Shown here one piece after another: positions 62,170 to 64,000 of a stretch of DNA of 64,000 nucleotides (the stretch's first letter is position 1; each line of letters starts with the position of its first letter). A program made the translations under genes and the position numbers. Below the pieces are notes generated by a model. The model was not told where the DNA came from, ran no database searches, and was given only the letters and a program-made list of their open reading frames with translations. The stretch comes from Antedon mediterranea (Eukaryota > Animalia > Echinodermata), in NCBI RefSeq assembly GCF_964355755.1, contig NC_092673.1, positions 14,046,948 to 14,110,947 of the forward strand. Direction: 5' to 3'.

Positions 62170-62465
62170 TCCTACTTCGTATACAACACTGTAGGAATAG
62201 CAATTCGTTTGAATCCATTTCCTTTCGTATCAACGTAAGGTTGGATGGGTTATACGGATTCTCAATTGCGTGCTGCCAACCCTAAATCGAATTGTTGGTA
62301 CGCGGCAGCTCATTCTGTACCAACCATGTACATCCATAATTGTATCGGGAATAGTGGTTGGCATCGGCTTCCCCCTTGTAAAATCCCCAACCATGTGGTT
62401 CAAAGTACGCAAGGAAATCACCAAGTACATCATCTGGATCTAATGAAATCATGAGTTCCTCAAGC
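62170..62465 (-). mobile_element. MULE transposase fragment
   Basis: FLAYFE..W, NELPRTNNSI*GW (canonical PRTNNxxEGW). Confidence 0.75.
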
Positions 62466-62469
62466 ACCA

Positions 62470-63272
62470 TCAGCGAAATTGAAAGAACAAAAGCAACAAC
62501 ATTTCTTGGCATTTTTATTGACGAATACTTATCTTTTAGTTCTCATATTAATACAATTTCATTAAAACTATCAAGAGTGGTCGGTGTCCTCAATAAACTT
62601 AAACATGCCTTGCCTTCTTCCGTATTACTATTAATTTATAAATCACTTTTTTTGCCACATTTAATTTATGGTATAACCGTTTGGGGTTTTACTTCAAAAA
62701 TTAATTTAAACCGTATTTATATTTTGCAAAAAAGAGTTTTATTAAGATCAGTTTATAATGTACATTACCTCCACCATTCTGCTCCTCTTTTTGTCTTATC
62801 TAATACACTTAATATTTACGACTTACTTACAAAAAATGTTGCTTTATTTATGTTTAAATTCAAACATAATCAACTGCCCAGAATTTTTGATACTTATTTT
62901 CAAACATTTAGTTCAATTCATAATTATAATACCAGAAATAAATTAGATTATGCTTATGATTGTTTTAATACGGAGGTTGGCAAGCATGATATATCTTTTC
63001 AAGGACCACAAATATGGAATTCTTTACCTGAAGAACTCTTAAGTTAAATTATAACTGCATTTGTTAAGTTAAATGTCTTTTTTGTTCATTATCATATAAT
63101 TATATATATTTCTTACCTTACCTTAATTTTAAATATGTTGCCTGAACCCCACATTTTAAAGCTTAAGCTTCCAGTGGGGTACCCTTTTTCTCATTTATTA
63201 TCTATTATTTCTAGAAAATGTAACTGTATTTTGTTTTTATTTGAGAAATAAAATTGAATTGATTGATTGATT
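62470..63272 (+). mobile_element. 5'-truncated L2/CR1 LINE
   Basis: FLGIFIDEYLSF, LIYGITVWG, LQKR, HNYNTR, GPQIWNSLP; (ATTG)n tail. Confidence 0.9.
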
Positions 63273-64000
63273 AAAAAAAGAACAAAAAAAAAACAAACAA
63301 ACATCATTAACTATATCTTGTGGCAGAAACGCAAGTGCTTGGATTTTCCTAAAAACCAGTAAAGTATTTTCTGCATTCTCAGTATATCAATGTTGGAGTC
63401 GTAGCTGTAGCGTAGATTCGATCATGTGTTTCCTGATCTTTATTCCACGAGAGGGTATACACAAGCTGGGCTGTGCATTTTCCATCTACAAAAGTGTGTA
63501 TTATTGATGACCTGGGGCAATGTCGAATGTTTAAATTTAAATTGTGATGATCACACCATTATGCTTCCAGAGTCTGAAGATTCTCAGTCAGTCGCATGCA
63601 CTTGTCAAAATAAGATGTCCGCTGAATAGAGCTCCTGGTCTATTGTTTGTTATGCTATCTTTGCTTAGCAGTGGCACGTGAGTGGTACTGAAGAGGATTT
63701 TGCACACTACGTTGCAGGAATTCTGATTTATGACCTTCCACGCTAACAAATTGTTTTCTATTTGATAAGTAACTTCTGTCAATTGATTATTAAATAATTC
63801 GATTTTAGATTGAGGTGGTCTTTAAATGACTCCAACTGAAATACATTTGCCATCAGTTACGATATCTATAAATAAGGATTCAGCTTCAGTTTATTATTTT
63901 TAAAAGGGGTTCTGTAGTTCCAAGTGTTTTCCTCTCTGAGAATTTTGCATAAAGTTCTAAAACAATGTGATCAATAAATGGGATTGCAGTGTTCACAGAT

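Noticed and set aside
63300-64000. Coding-like minus-strand stretch at the window end
   Set aside because: Broken frames, no recognisable motif, truncated by the window edge

Overview
AT-rich animal genomic DNA with spliceosomal introns. It is probably a marine invertebrate deuterostome (echinoderm-like), inferred from the HYR-repeat receptor and the repeat types. The left part (8.4-21.4 kb, + strand) holds a 22-exon adhesion GPCR: signal peptide, nine phase-1 HYR cassette exons, a short GAIN/GPS with HL|TSF, and a secretin-type 7TM. It has one in-frame TGA in the first HYR exon, and a second copy of its upstream region and start codon lies just past its 3' end. Upstream are a decayed ALKBH2 exon and L2/CR1-type LINEs. 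From about 25 kb on, the window is a nested transposon graveyard (MULE, hAT-like, PIF/Harbinger, Ginger integrase-OTU, Merlin, Chapaev) whose coding remnants lie almost all on the minus strand. It includes a spliced, decayed HUH-endonuclease plus SF3-helicase Rep gene of ssDNA-virus type (34.7-38.7 kb). Two small-scale signatures recur: 22-44 bp CATRG palindromes with 7-8 bp target duplications (P-element-like excision scars) and TA to TAGGCCTA insertions. All family calls come from manual motif recognition; no searches were run.
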